Shown: positions 26,869 through 41,754, counted from the first letter of the stretch. The stretch: DNA of 64,000 nt from Eledone cirrhosa (GCA_964016885.1 OZ024746.1:37882001-37946000); one strand, 5' to 3'. A program made the numbers and translations. Notes: generated by a model not told the origin, from the sequence alone.

Positions 26869-26905
<37 letters not shown>

Positions 26906-27373
26906 GTATATATATATGCATGCTACTGTACGTCTGTATACATATATGTATGTACGTATACATACATACTTACATTTAAGTAAGTGCCATACTAAGAGTG
27001 AGAAATGAAATTCCGTTTTCATTTTTTTTTTCAACTAATCGTTTTCGGTATGCCTGACCGATTTAACTCACTCAATATGCAAATTAGGCTGCTCAGCCGT
27101 TAATTTTCATAAGGAAAGTATATACTTTCGAACGTTCAACTATCTGGCAGATGGGTAAACGGTGCTGATGATAGCTAACAAGCTTGAAACTAGTACATCG
27201 TTCCTGTGTCAGTGTTGAACAAAAAGGTGACGTGGTTGCCTTAACACCGTATGGCATAAATTCAGGCTGTTCGCTTTGTTGACAAACAAACGAACAAAGC
27301 GGCCGGCGTTATAATAAACGTAGGCTAAACTGATGCGTGCATATATGTATGTGTACCTGTATGCATATGTGTA

Positions 27374-27410
<37 letters not shown>

Positions 27411-27878
27411 GTATATATATATGCATGCTACTGTACGTCTGTATACATATATGTATGTACGTATACATACATACTTACATTTAAGTAAGTGCCATACTAA
27501 GAGTGAGAAATGAAATTCCGTTTTCATTTTTTTTTTCAACTAATCGTTTTCGGTATGCCTGACCGATTTAACTCACTCAATATGCAAATTAGGCTGCTCA
27601 GCCGTTAATTTTCATAAGGAAAGTATATACTTTCGAACGTTCAACTATCTGGCAGATGGGTAAACGGTGCTGATGATAGCTAACAAGCTTGAAACTAGTA
27701 CATCGTTCCTGTGTCAGTGTTGAACAAAAAGGTGACGTGGTTGCCTTAACACCGTATGGCATAAATTCAGGCTGTTCGCTTTGTTGACAAACAAACGAAC
27801 AAAGCGGCCGGCGTTATAATAAACGTAGGCTAAACTGATGCGTGCATATATGTATGTGTACCTGTATGCATATGTGTA

Positions 27879-27915
<37 letters not shown>

Positions 27916-28383
27916 GTATATATATATGCATGCTACTGTACGTCTGTATACATATATGTATGTACGTATACATACATACTTACATTTAAGTAAGTGCCAT
28001 ACTAAGAGTGAGAAATGAAATTCCGTTTTCATTTTTTTTTTCAACTAATCGTTTTCGGTATGCCTGACCGATTTAACTCACTCAATATGCAAATTAGGCT
28101 GCTCAGCCGTTAATTTTCATAAGGAAAGTATATACTTTCGAACGTTCAACTATCTGGCAGATGGGTAAACGGTGCTGATGATAGCTAACAAGCTTGAAAC
28201 TAGTACATCGTTCCTGTGTCAGTGTTGAACAAAAAGGTGACGTGGTTGCCTTAACACCGTATGGCATAAATTCAGGCTGTTCGCTTTGTTGACAAACAAA
28301 CGAACAAAGCGGCCGGCGTTATAATAAACGTAGGCTAAACTGATGCGTGCATATATGTATGTGTACCTGTATGCATATGTGTA

Positions 28384-28420
<37 letters not shown>

Positions 28421-28888
28421 GTATATATATATGCATGCTACTGTACGTCTGTATACATATATGTATGTACGTATACATACATACTTACATTTAAGTAAGT
28501 GCCATACTAAGAGTGAGAAATGAAATTCCGTTTTCATTTTTTTTTTCAACTAATCGTTTTCGGTATGCCTGACCGATTTAACTCACTCAATATGCAAATT
28601 AGGCTGCTCAGCCGTTAATTTTCATAAGGAAAGTATATACTTTCGAACGTTCAACTATCTGGCAGATGGGTAAACGGTGCTGATGATAGCTAACAAGCTT
28701 GAAACTAGTACATCGTTCCTGTGTCAGTGTTGAACAAAAAGGTGACGTGGTTGCCTTAACACCGTATGGCATAAATTCAGGCTGTTCGCTTTGTTGACAA
28801 ACAAACGAACAAAGCGGCCGGCGTTATAATAAACGTAGGCTAAACTGATGCGTGCATATATGTATGTGTACCTGTATGCATATGTGTA

Positions 28889-28925
<37 letters not shown>

Positions 28926-29394
28926 GTATATATATATGCATGCTACTGTACGTCTGTATACATATATGTATGTACGTATACATACATACTTACATTTAAG
29001 TAAGTGCCATACTAAGAGTGAGAAATGAAATTCCGTTTTCATTTTTTTTTTTCAACTAATCGTTTTCGGTATGCCTGACCGATTTAACTCACTCAATATG
29101 CAAATTAGGCTGCTCAGCCGTTAATTTTCATAAGGAAAGTATATACTTTCGAACGTTCAACTATCTGGCAGATGGGTAAACGGTGCTGATGATAGCTAAC
29201 AAGCTTGAAACTAGTACATCGTTCCTGTGTCAGTGTTGAACAAAAAGGTGACGTGGTTGCCTTAACACCGTATGGCATAAATTCAGGCTGTTCGCTTTGT
29301 TGACAAACAAACGAACAAAGCGGCCGGCGTTATAATAAACGTAGGCTAAACTGATGCGTGCATATATGTATGTGTACCTGTATGCATATGTGTA

Positions 29395-29431
<37 letters not shown>

Positions 29432-29899
29432 GTATATATATATGCATGCTACTGTACGTCTGTATACATATATGTATGTACGTATACATACATACTTACA
29501 TTTAAGTAAGTGCCATACTAAGAGTGAGAAATGAAATTCCGTTTTCATTTTTTTTTTCAACTAATCGTTTTCGGTATGCCTGACCGATTTAACTCACTCA
29601 ATATGCAAATTAGGCTGCTCAGCCGTTAATTTTCATAAGGAAAGTATATACTTTCGAACGTTCAACTATCTGGCAGATGGGTAAACGGTGCTGATGATAG
29701 CTAACAAGCTTGAAACTAGTACATCGTTCCTGTGTCAGTGTTGAACAAAAAGGTGACGTGGTTGCCTTAACACCGTATGGCATAAATTCAGGCTGTTCGC
29801 TTTGTTGACAAACAAACGAACAAAGCGGCCGGCGTTATAATAAACGTAGGCTAAACTGATGCGTGCATATATGTATGTGTACCTGTATGCATATGTGTA

Positions 29900-29936
<37 letters not shown>

Positions 29937-30004
29937 GTATATATATATGCATGCTACTGTACGTCTGTATACATATATGTATGTACGTATACATACATAC
30001 TTAC

Positions 30005-30064
<60 letters not shown>

Positions 30065-30075
30065 ATGTGTGTGTG

Positions 30076-30119
<44 letters not shown>

Positions 30120-33100
30120 TGTGTGTGTGTGTGTGTGTATGGGTGTGTGTGTGCGTGTGTGTGAGTGTGAGGGGATGTGTGTGTGTGTGTGTTCAATTAT
30201 GTGTGGGTGTGTCTGTGTGCGTGTCTATAATTTTATATACAGATTATATATACATTAGACCATATACGATCCCATGCACACTTAACGGGAAGATTGCGAA
30301 ATGTGCACATATCACTGTATGTAATTCGGTTTTTGTGGAGCAGTCTCCTCATTGAGAGAGTATCAGCTGTACACGGGTCTGCTGGAATACTTCAGGAGAA
30401 GTTTCTTCATGATAAATTCACATATAACAGAGCATCCCTTATCTGATATAGAATGTTCCATCATTCATTTACCTTTCAGTCTTTAATTCTCCTTGCAAAT
30501 GCTGTAGAAAATATCCCTCTAGATCTGTTTAATATTTAAACAGAACCATTGATATATATTTTCTTCGGAATAGGTTTGTGTTACAAATCCACAATTCGAA
30601 GAGGAGCATCTACAAGGAGCATCATACTAAATAATAAATTCCCAAAACACATGCTACATTCTCAGAAGAATATGTATGATACATAACATGTTTAGATACG
30701 TCTTGAGATAACTCTATATCGTGAGAGCTGGAATCTTAATCTAGAAAATTTTTTTTAATGAGCAAGTCAGTTTATATAAAACGGATATATTTACCCGGTG
30801 TTATCGTGTATGTTTTCACATATGTTCAACTACCAATGGTCAGTCCTATGGAAAGCCAAGGAAATGCCAACGAACAAATGGAAATTCAACATCATAGCAT
30901 GAATATCTAAGGATATCAATGAGATAAATGTTTTCTTATACTTTTCTATACTGACTCAATAAGGTATTAGCAGTGAAGTTTACAATCGATTACTATAGAC
31001 GATCCGCCAATGCATAATAAACGTTTAAACCGGAAATTAAAATACAGTCTTTAATCTCTACCTACTGAAACAATACACGCAAGCAAGATGAATATAGATA
31101 ACCATTCCGGAAATATAAAGAAAGTTAAATCCAAATGATGAATAAGTGTTACATCAACAATGAACAATACAACTTGAAGCATTTAGATTCTTAAAAGAGA
31201 AAACTATGTTCCGTACCAACTTGTATTAAATAAAAAAAATATAAAGCATTAGGTAAAAACATTTCTTGAAAAATATCGCGTTAAAAACTAACTGGAAATG
31301 TCTATATCAAAATACGAATTAACAGCATGGAAAAACGATATGCTATTAAAGAAAAAAATACAAATACTTTCTAAAAGCATTTCTGAAAATGTAACTAGAT
31401 ATAACAAAACTAAATCCTGGCTAGAAAAATATTGAGCATCAAATAAATGTGCAGAATCATTTCCACAAGGCATCACTGCATCCGATTTAAAACATGCGTC
31501 AAAAGATTTGAAAAAATGTTAATCCTTATCATAGACAACATTCAAATACTTGATTGTCATTTGGCATACTCTACTGGCAGGTGACCTTCATAGTCAACAT
31601 TCGAAATAAGTATGATGATGATACATACAAGTATTGCTACAGCAATTGTTTGTTCGAGATTTATATCCTGCTTTTATATTATCGAAACTCATGGTTAAAT
31701 ATTGCATATGGAAACCCTGCTTAAATCCTTTTCGAGTTGATCAGGTCGTACGCATTTTTCCAGAATTGTTTGAAGGGGATACAACATTGTGCAAAAGAAC
31801 ATGTCATAAGAAGAAAGCTCTATGGTCTCACAAATATGAATATTCAAATTGATGGGAGCGGAGTCAATTTGGTGATACAATGGAGACTTCCATTACTATA
31901 TGAACAAGAACATGGTTGTCAATATTTATCTAACCACATATATGATGCTTATAATGCCCATTTGTAATCAATATAATAACCTGTGTTGAGAAAATATAAT
32001 GGGATAGGATTTATTAGTTTCATCATCTGTCTTATGTAATCAAGCATCTAGTCCCTTCATGGTATGTTTAGTGCCTTTATTTTGCCATATAACTTAGCGA
32101 TAATATTAGGATAGCTTTCAGGATAGATACATGATGTAATAAATTTGGAAACGTTGACTTTAAAGGGCCATAACAATAACAGGAATATGGGCGTCATTAA
32201 TACACGTAGCAATGGCAATAACACATTTCTATTAGTGTTGGGGTGAAATGTAACAGATATAAATATGGAACTTAATAAATGAAGTGTACTAAACAAAAAT
32301 CAACTATTAAATAATAAATAATTTAACCAACGACAGGAGAATAGTTAAAGAAAACCTCGTCGTTGTCTACTGATCATCCGTTGAGGAATTTAACATTCAA
32401 TGAAAATATAACATGATGTGTTTATTAAGATTCACATAAATGTTATCAAATTGATTGTTTCCGCAGTTCTTCTCTCTGGCATAAATGGTAGGCATCAATT
32501 TTCACCACAGGAGCAATTTACTCAGAAAACGTTGATTACGATCAGATTTGAAAGTAATGAAAGAAACGTGAGTATAGAATTACGAAAATTGATGAATATA
32601 TCAACCGCGAAAAAGGGCATACATATGATATAAATGTTAAACATGCTGAACGCTAATATATCCGACAACTTGAAACACCGAAAATGAATAATAGAACACT
32701 AAATTTAGCTTTTATTTGCATATCCGACCTGAATAAGGAAATGCAAATATAATTCCGTAACAAAAATAGGCCATCCAAATTGTATTTACTGAAGTAACTA
32801 TCCACAGTTCTTAATACGAGGATGGCAAATGTCTTCTCTCTTCTGAAACTGTACCTCATGTTATATAAATAGGTCTTACACTAACTTCTAGGAAATTATT
32901 TGACAGCAGAATAACACCAAAAAGTGGAAGGATTTTAATATTTCTGTGGAAGCGAGATGAAATGTTAAATAATTCACCGACGTAACAAAACGTGAAGAAA
33001 TGAACACAGTTAAAGAATGTGTCAATCATGCCATTTGTACCTGACAGAAATGAAGCAATATACAGCTATTTCTATTAATACATCGCCAGAATACCTATTA

Positions 33101-33474
33101 CTTAATGCATAATAATTTTACAAATGTGACAATGGCAGAATCTGTAAATAATATTAGGACATTAGCATATACGTTCAATATTACTATTTTTCTTTTTCAA
33201 AATATAAGTAATTTCCTTCTTTGTGTAACAATGGAAATTCTTGTTTATATTTAATAAATCATGATGAATTAATGTAAACATAATAATCGAGACGGTTTTA
33301 TTAAGCCCGAAGGACATAAGCGTTATGGAAAAAATATTTTTGAATGAATTGACTGTTGCATAATGTGTTAAAAACAGTTTTTCTTTTCATGAAGAAATAC
33401 ATTATAAAATGTTGTACTTTTAATGCTGTACTTTAAACGGTATAGATATGAACGAAAAATAAGTGACTAAATAA

Positions 33475-33654
33475 ATAATTGTTTCTACTTTAGGCACAAG
33501 GCCAGCAATTATCCAGTGCATTACTGGTACTTTATTTTATCGACCCCGTAAGGATGAAAGGCAAAGTCAACCTCGGCGGGATTTTAACTCAGATCGTAAA
33601 GGGACGTAACTATGCTGGAAAGCATGGCGTCCGACCCTCTACCGATACTGCCAA
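33475..33654 (-). mobile_element. tRNA-derived SINE with a Nin-like central domain
   Basis: Reverse complement has an A box (TGGCAGTATCGG), a B-box-like GAGTTAAAATCC and the core CCGAGGTTGACTTTGCCTTTCATCCTT..GGGTCGATAAAATAAAGTACCAG. Six copies in the window. Confidence 0.85.
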
Positions 33655-35892
33655 TAAATAATGACATTTAATTTATCGTTCTACTTGCTCTGCTTTCGCA
33701 TTACACATAACATATAAGGGAAGCTCCATTTAATACATTCTTGTCGAATTATATATTCCACAAATTCAACCAGGATCACGCTCAAGATTTATGGTGTCCA
33801 ATTTTGGCATTAGCTAAACCAAAGACAGCAGCTCATTTAGAGGGACAAGCAGAAGAATAAAGCACCAGATAAAGGACGACCACATCTCTCAACCAAGGAA
33901 AGTTTCAAGATGTCGCTCAGGCCAGCGCCTCAGCAGCCACACCATTCCAAACAGTCTGTGCAAACGGTGATAGCAGGTGATGTATCGAAAGACTTCTGGA
34001 AAGCATACCTTCTACAAGAAATGAAACAGCAGATCTTCTATTATGGTGAAATGAATATTGGGTTTAATTGACGACAGGCAGGCGTTAATAATATATGATA
34101 GAGTATATGTATGCATTTCTCACATATATCCAACATTTCAGTTATAACTTCCTCTCTGATAACACATGGCTGATACTTGCTACCTTACTTGTTTACTCGT
34201 TCCAGAATCTCTTCATCTAGAGACTGGAAAGGAACAAGATCCCGATCAACTTCACCTGTATGTCCTTCCAGCTCATCGCAAAACATTCAGACACCATGAA
34301 CTAGAGACGCGAGATTTCAAAACGTCGTCCGCATATGTTCACACAGCTCTTCCTGACGTTGTTTTGAGAGGGGTGCCATTCAATTGTATCAGCTTCTCCA
34401 GTATGTCTTGAGAGTCAAGAATTACAGACGGGAAATGTGGCGCTAGTTTGATGTAGGTTTGGTTCTGTTACTATCATTATCCTTGTGTTTTTTCGTTCTA
34501 TTTGGTGATGTTGTGTTGGCAGTGGTTCTTCTGCATCAAGTCTTTTCACTGGTTAATAACTTGGTATAGCAGGTATTTAACTGGCATCTCAGGGGAATGG
34601 GGACTATCGAAGATTTGGAAAATATAAGTTAGCTAGCGCAGTAATCTGGAAAAAGTAGCCATGACCGAAGTTAAAACTAACTATCACTCCATACCGCAGA
34701 AATAGTAATTGAGGAGACAAACCCTTGCAAGTTACATATAGAACTATATATCTAATATCACCGAAGGTCGAACACGTTACCATATATAGCTTGGTTGTGT
34801 CTGGTAGCATAAAACAACTTAAAGGCCCTTTGCCAGGGCATTCCATGTCAGATGTGAGTATGATGATGCTAGGACCTACACTGAAACCAGGTGGAGTAGC
34901 GACAGCCACATCTGTAGTGGGATCAGCAGAATCAACAGCAGCAACAACGACAACACCAACAATTGTGGATGACATGTCACCGCCACGTCGTATTTATTTT
35001 GGATATAGATTATAGAGAGGGTAGACAGTGGCAAACTGTCTGACATAAATATAAACAAATTAAAAATTCCTGATTTCACCTCCCCACAAAATAATAAATG
35101 AGAGGAGAAAAGAATCCGATGACCTCAATGCTCCTATCACCAATACTTATATCAACCTCATCAACAACCACCACCATCCCCACTACAAATACCAGCCGAA
35201 GCACCACAGAGCCCAACAACATCTCACACACAACCCAACTGACAACCGCAACAACAACACACATTACAAAACAATAAAAATCCCTAAAATCACAAATCAC
35301 ACTTACATAAAGAAAAATATTTTTTTAAAAACCGCAAAAACATAAAGCTTGGCATAGAGAATAACAACAACATTACAGGAAGCAATTGCATCTTCCCCAG
35401 ATAATCACACTACTCACACACTTATAAATCATTCAAATTTACTAAAACACATTCACGAGGCTATAGACCATATACCCCGATGGAATCGTATAGTTCCGAG
35501 TGACTATAAAGAAAATAATTTGCAGCGATATTCTTGTGGGAGTTTCCACGATTACCCGGAAGGAAAGATCAAATTCCTTGTCACTGTAGTCGACTACTTT
35601 CAATTGGAGACAACCTATGTTCGTTTATACAATCGACTAACCAGCTTCCTTATGTAAGCCGACATGTGCAGAGTAAAAATATTATATGTCAAATTTCATT
35701 CACGTCATTTTCAGCTTACCCCCTTTTCTCATCCCTTCTTCTTCCTCCCCCCCCCCCTCCCGCTTCCTTTTCTTCTCGTAAACCTCCTCCCTCCAATCAC
35801 TATCATCATCATCATTCTCTGAACTCTCTTCTTCCTACACCTACTCCCAACAATACCACCTATTTTCTTCTTCACTATTTAATTATTTTTAT

Positions 35893-35960
35893 TGTTGCTG
35901 TGGTTGTTGTTGTTGCTACTGTTGCTGCTTTTGCTGCTGCAACTGCTGCCACTGCTACTG

Positions 35961-36030
<70 letters not shown>
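35893..36030. repeat. (GTT)/(GCT)/(CTA)n trinucleotide microsatellite
   Basis: Seen directly in the sequence. Confidence 0.9.
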
Positions 36031-36034
<4 letters not shown>

Positions 36035-37765
36035 CTTTTTTGTGTATCCTCAGAGCAAAGCGGAATTCAATTTAATAAATTGCTTTAGAAAGAAAAGCGG
36101 CTTAATTTAATTCGAAACATCTGCCGAAGAAGTCAAGAACAGAATAAAGAAAATTAAAATAAAATAGAATATAAAATATATCTGAAAACAAATTAATAAA
36201 GAACGATATTTCCTGCATCCATTTCTCCTTATTACCCTTTTCTTTCATTTCACTTCAGCGCTGCGTTTGATTTCTAAGCGCCATATTTGATTTATAGACG
36301 CCATATATGTTTGTCGTTTTTTATGTTTTAAGCAATATATGATTGTCATTTTTCTCTTGTTTGCGAACACCATGCTGCCATTTTTCTAGGCGCCATGCTA
36401 CGATTCTGAATGCCATAATTGTTTAATTTCTAATCGAAATATTTCACTTGCAGGGGCTATATTTGAATATTTAGGTACAGCATTGTATATCACCTTTAAC
36501 TAACAAGGCTCAACAATACCCAAGTGGCGTTTTTTAACGTTCTTGTTTTCATTGTAAATGATATTTAATTTTCGATCATATTCAAGTGGTAAATTTAAAC
36601 GTAGCTCTTATTTAATATATAGTTTAAAAGTTTGAATATTCACTCTTTCAATAATGTTTACAATCACATTTACTTTCTAAATACAATTTTTCTAAATCTC
36701 TGAACTCTTTTTAGTAACGATTTCGTTTTTGTAACTCAACATTTGATAACTTTTATCCCAAAATTGTTTTTTATACCAGAATAAGTTATTTAAAAAATGT
36801 AGATTTAATATTGCTGTTTAACCGTTAACACGTGATAAATATTAGTACTTTGGATAAACAGCTAAGCTTTAAATGAACTGAATCAAAGTGGAAGCGTGAA
36901 CTCATGGCTAAAGGCATAACATTTCACTTCATTGAAACCGATAAAGTTCATGAAAATCGCAGATACAATGCACCGGAACATTTCATGCATATGTACATTT
37001 TAACACAAACAATTGAAACAGTTGAGTATATTTATACCATGACATGTTGTTTGAAGGTCCTTCGTGAAACGTAAAACCCCACTCATAACAGAAATGTGAT
37101 GCCAGATTAAATGTATCACGTTATGCCTTTCCCCGTTTAATACAGTTCTGCAACAATTATAGTAATATCGAAATTCACTATTGCTTTGCAGATTTTGTCG
37201 CACATCTTACTGTAAAATAAACGAAAACCTACTCCAATAGTTTCATCAAGTGATGGTTGAATGAATGTTATCATATTTCATTCTTTGAAAAAGAATAATG
37301 TTTTGAATATTCAAAAGAAACGAATATGTATTGCCGTGTACAGTGGGGGGAATTTTAGAAGGCTAGAATATTGATTCTTAAGTAAATCAACGCAGGAAAC
37401 ATCAGTGTATCTTGAAACAAATATATTAATACATTTTTATAACAATCTTTGAATAATATTCTTATTCATTACAGATTTCCTGCAACAATTGATGTTTTAA
37501 CTCATAACATTACGTGTGCCAAGAAAATGACAAACAGAATATTAAACAATCATTTCAAGTGATACCCTTCGAAAAATTCTGGATTTCAGTTTACAGTCAG
37601 ATGTTTATATACGTGAACTGTATCCTTCCACATTCGCACACTCAGTGTTAGACAGAGACACAAACATCAACAAATGCACCAACATACATTTCACTCTGTA
37701 ACACATCAACGTAAAATGACAACAAGGTGTTACGTATATATTGCATTAATGAATATATATTAAAG

Positions 37766-37975
37766 GCGGTGGAATATATATTAAGGGTCGGACGCCATGA
37801 TTTGCAGCATAGACTAATGGCCTTTTATGATCTGAGTTCAAATCTCGCCGAGGTTAACTTTGCCTTTCATCCTTCAGGGGTCGATAAAAGAAAGTGCCAG
37901 TCACGCATTTAATCGACTGCCCCCCCCCCCCCAACCCTTAAATTCCTGGACTTGTGTCGATATAAGAAACCATCA
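37766..37975 (+). mobile_element. SINE copy (diverged)
   Basis: B box GAGTTCAAATC plus the same central domain. Confidence 0.75.
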
Positions 37976-38554
37976 TTGACTGTATATTAGATATGCACAC
38001 GCATATGCTTACACACACATACACACACACAATGTACGAAAACGAATTTTCGGATTTTGAAGCACTGAGAATATATGTATATAAATGTAAGTATAAAGAA
38101 AGTGGCCACGCACAAATTGTATAAAGATAGCTTATCTAGCCGGTATCGGGAAGACATGGGGTTCAATTTCTCATAGTGACTGACAACTTTTTTTATCTGT
38201 ATTTTAAGGGTCTTCAGCCTATTTTATAACATATTTTTATAGTATTTCAGTGCTTGGTCACTTTCTTTATACAAATAAACAAGCGCACACAAATACACAC
38301 ACACACACTCAGACACACAATCACACACACACACACACACACATATATATGTAGATATATATATATATATGTGTATATATATATTCTTATATATATATAA
38401 ATATACATATATATATATATATACAGAGGTATCCACAGTAAGTTGTGGGGTCTATTCTGCCTGAAGAACTCGATGTAATCCATATGTTGAAAATATAGTA
38501 TGTTAAGATAAATCTCGGAAAACAATAAAACATTAAAAGGAAAACAGTCATGAT

Positions 38555-39908
38555 ATAAGTTAAAACAATGAAATAAGAAATCAAGTCATTAGAGATATAC
38601 TTCACTGCTTTACGATTGTTTCTAGATGATGATAATACATCGTAGCTATACTCCGTTATTGATCTATGTAAGGTTAGTTACAAAATATCAGATAAAGAGA
38701 ATATTTACTTACATGCATATCACCAGCTGTTTTCAAAAGCAATAATAATTTTATTCAGAATTAGTAGGATGTTAGTATCATGTCCTTATTTGGAGGTAGT
38801 TGAAGAACTAACGAATCAAATTGTTTTGTTCATATGGTGTTAAGATGAAAACTAATACACTTTAGTTGAGGTCATGACTCTTGAACGGAATGGTTGAATG
38901 GTGTTAATAGTAGAATCGGCATACAAATCCATTAGGAGGAAAGTGATTGTCAAACTGATAGTTGAATGTATCTGGTATAGTGAAGTTAAAACGAATGTCA
39001 AAATAAATGGTGCTTTACCTGTCTCTATATATAGTGTGAATATATGCACTTTGTAATCTATGAAATGTATGTGTTTTAACTATGCCAGCATGTATTTATC
39101 TGAGTTTGATTATTTATGCATAAACATACTTGATAGTATTTTAGAGCGTATCATATGCTGTATTATACTAAGTGCAATTTACCACACCGTACTATATTGT
39201 GTTGGTTAAGTTGTATATTATCGTATTTCATTATTTTATGATAATCCCGCCGAGGTTAACTTTGCCTTTCATCCTTCCGGAGTCGATAGAATAAAGTACC
39301 AGTAATGCATTGGGTAAATGCTGGCCATGTGCCAAAAGTAGAAACAATTATTTTATTATAAATTTTATCTTTTAATATACTATCTTTCCTAGACATAACC
39401 TTAAGTTATATTCACCTAAAAACTCAATACAACACTAATCACCATTTATTGTGACATTCTTTTTAACTTCACTATACCAGATACATTAAACTACAAGTTT
39501 GACAATCCCTTTCCTCCTAATAGATTGTTATGCCAATTCTACAATTAACACCATTCAACCATTCCTTTCAAAGGGTCATGACCTCAACTAAAGTGTATTA
39601 CTTTTCATCTTAACACCATATGAACAAAACAATTTGATTCGTTAGTTCTTCAAATACCTCCAAATAAGGACATGATACTAACATACTACTAATTCTGAAT
39701 AAAATTATTATTGAATAAAATTATTATTGCTTTTGAAAACAGCTGGTGATATGCATGTAAGTAAATATTCTCTTTATCTGATATTTTGTAACTAACCTTA
39801 CATAGATCAATAACGGAGTATAGCTACAATGTATTATCCTCATCTAGAAACGATCATAAAGCAGTCAAGTATAATGACTTGATTTTTTATTTCATTGTTT
39901 TAACTTAT
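38555..39908. repeat. Large inverted repeat (about 460-bp arms, about 430-bp spacer containing a SINE fragment)
   Basis: 38555-39011 is the reverse complement of 39440-39908, with scattered mismatches and indels. Confidence 0.9.
39243..39350 (+). mobile_element. 5'-truncated SINE
   Basis: Central domain and 3' tail GGCC(A/T)TGTGCCAAAAGTAGAAACAATTATT. Confidence 0.8.
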
Positions 39909-40074
39909 CTATATATCTATATATATATATATCTATAGGCTTAAAAATAGAATGAGTGTAAGAAGAAAGCATGAAGGTGGGACCGCTGCAACAAGTATGT
40001 GAATCTGAGTAGGGAATATGTTGAATAAAATCATAATTACCTGATCTTTCCGCATTTTCATTTACCGGAACCCT

Positions 40075-40111
40075 AGAATGTCTCAGCAGCCCCTCGCATA
40101 TACGTGTTTAT

Positions 40112-40166
<55 letters not shown>

Positions 40167-40208
40167 CATACATACATACATACATACATACATACATACA
40201 TACATACA

Positions 40209-40242
<34 letters not shown>

Positions 40243-40284
40243 CATACATACATACATACATACATACATACATACATACATACA

Positions 40285-40315
<31 letters not shown>

Positions 40316-40338
40316 TCGAGAGGCTGCTGAGACATTCT
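40075..40338. repeat. 22-bp inverted repeats bracketing a (TA)n(TACA)n microsatellite
   Basis: AGAATGTCTCAGCAGCCCCTCG (40075-40096) versus CGAGAGGCTGCTGAGACATTCT (40317-40338), one mismatch. Confidence 0.85.
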
Positions 40339-41754
40339 TGGCTTTCGGTAAATGATAATATATATCCCATACTTTTTGAGTAAATGTATATATATATATA
40401 TGTACATATACTCAACACGCGTTGCTTATATATTTAAGTATATCTATCTATATGGCATATAAATATATAAATTATATCCGAAATCATTACTCCATCATCT
40501 TGTATGATTTAATCAAAACCGGAATCAGGTGCATGTAAAGCAATATTCAATCTTCATATCACTAATATACATCTTATTCTGATAAGAACCGTTTCAAAGA
40601 CACCTTTTCTATGTATGCTGTAGAAATATAATGATCATGTTTATTATGATAGTACTTTTCTTCATAAACTGCGAAGAGTTTCTTAATATTAGCAACACAC
40701 TTTGTTCCTATTGTGGTTCCCATTTAATATATTAGAAACGTTATTTCACCTTTGTCGGTTTTGACCTTCGATATATTATTCACACATTTCTACTTCCAAT
40801 ACCTTACCGAACAGCATCAGGCATCTATGAATAAGGAGGTCCTATTCTAAAATCCAATAATATACTCGCCGTAAAGAACCAAACTTATCGAAAATTAAAC
40901 ATTGCTTTTCAAATTACACTAAATAAATCCAAGCCCAATATTGATGTACTATTGTTCCATGCTCATCGCATATAAAAGTTACATCGTATACTAAACCCTA
41001 GATGACGATCAATTTGAAGTACCATCAAGCCGAACAGAGGAGTAAATTTCCGCTTCAAGCTATCTCATTTGTGTTGCGTCTAACATCTTTCAATAGTTAA
41101 TTACATCTATGTTGGCTTAAATACTAAAATACAAAAATGCCACTATTATACAGAAAGTTAGCACTGGAGGAATGAAGAAGATTTTCGTGGTGTCCGAATT
41201 TGCGGATTTTTTTTTTCTTAAATAAATCTTAGATTAAATAAGGAAGAGACTTTGCGAGAGTCGCTGATGTATTACATACTGATTTCACGTAATTCTCTTC
41301 AATTGATCGTTGTGATTAGGAAAATGAATACAGTGTTGCATTTTCAGCAAATAACTCACGTATAGAAATGTATCATTTACGATATACACAGGATTTATGT
41401 TTGCAATCAGCTATACCCGACTGCGAGTTAAATCTGTTATTGCTTCAATTCAAAAAACGTGCAAAAATAATTAAGTTTTTATTTTACTCAGACAAAAATT
41501 AGATCTAGCAATGTGCTACTTGAACGCAAGAAGACAAACATAACAATTAGTTTATTTTACTAGAAGATTGCGGATCTAGATGGATTTATTGGTAAACGCT
41601 TCTTGTGTGTGGGTATGTATGTGAGTGTGTGTGTGCATGTGTGTTAGTTTGTGCATGTGGTGTGTGCACGCGTTAAAACGTATGTATATTTACAGTGAGA
41701 GGGAAGTGATAAAGGATGAATGACCAAGCGGCAAACGTAGAAAAAGTAGAATAG

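Larger units (their letters stand above)
25921..30008 (+). repeat. Right arm: about 8 tandem 505-bp units inverted relative to the left arm (HHR on the plus strand)
   Basis: Reverse complement of the left-arm unit. HHRs start at 26148, 26653, 27158, 27663, 28168, 28673, 29179 and 29684. The arm ends in (TA)n. Confidence 0.95.

Noticed and set aside
22448-29560. Repeated 76-aa [14 protein letters not shown]...
   Set aside because: It starts at TTG, runs through a TA/CA microsatellite and is antisense to the ribozyme. It is a by-product of the repeat.
34166-35300. Ser/Thr-rich ORFs as host exons
   Set aside because: No recognisable domain, stops in alternative frames and no convincing splice chain.
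36255-36420. Cluster of GCCAT (YY1-like) motifs
   Set aside because: It looks like a degenerate short repeat, with no other promoter evidence.
38130-38185. tRNA-like B-box fragment
   Set aside because: It cannot be folded into a cloverleaf and is probably a SINE scrap.
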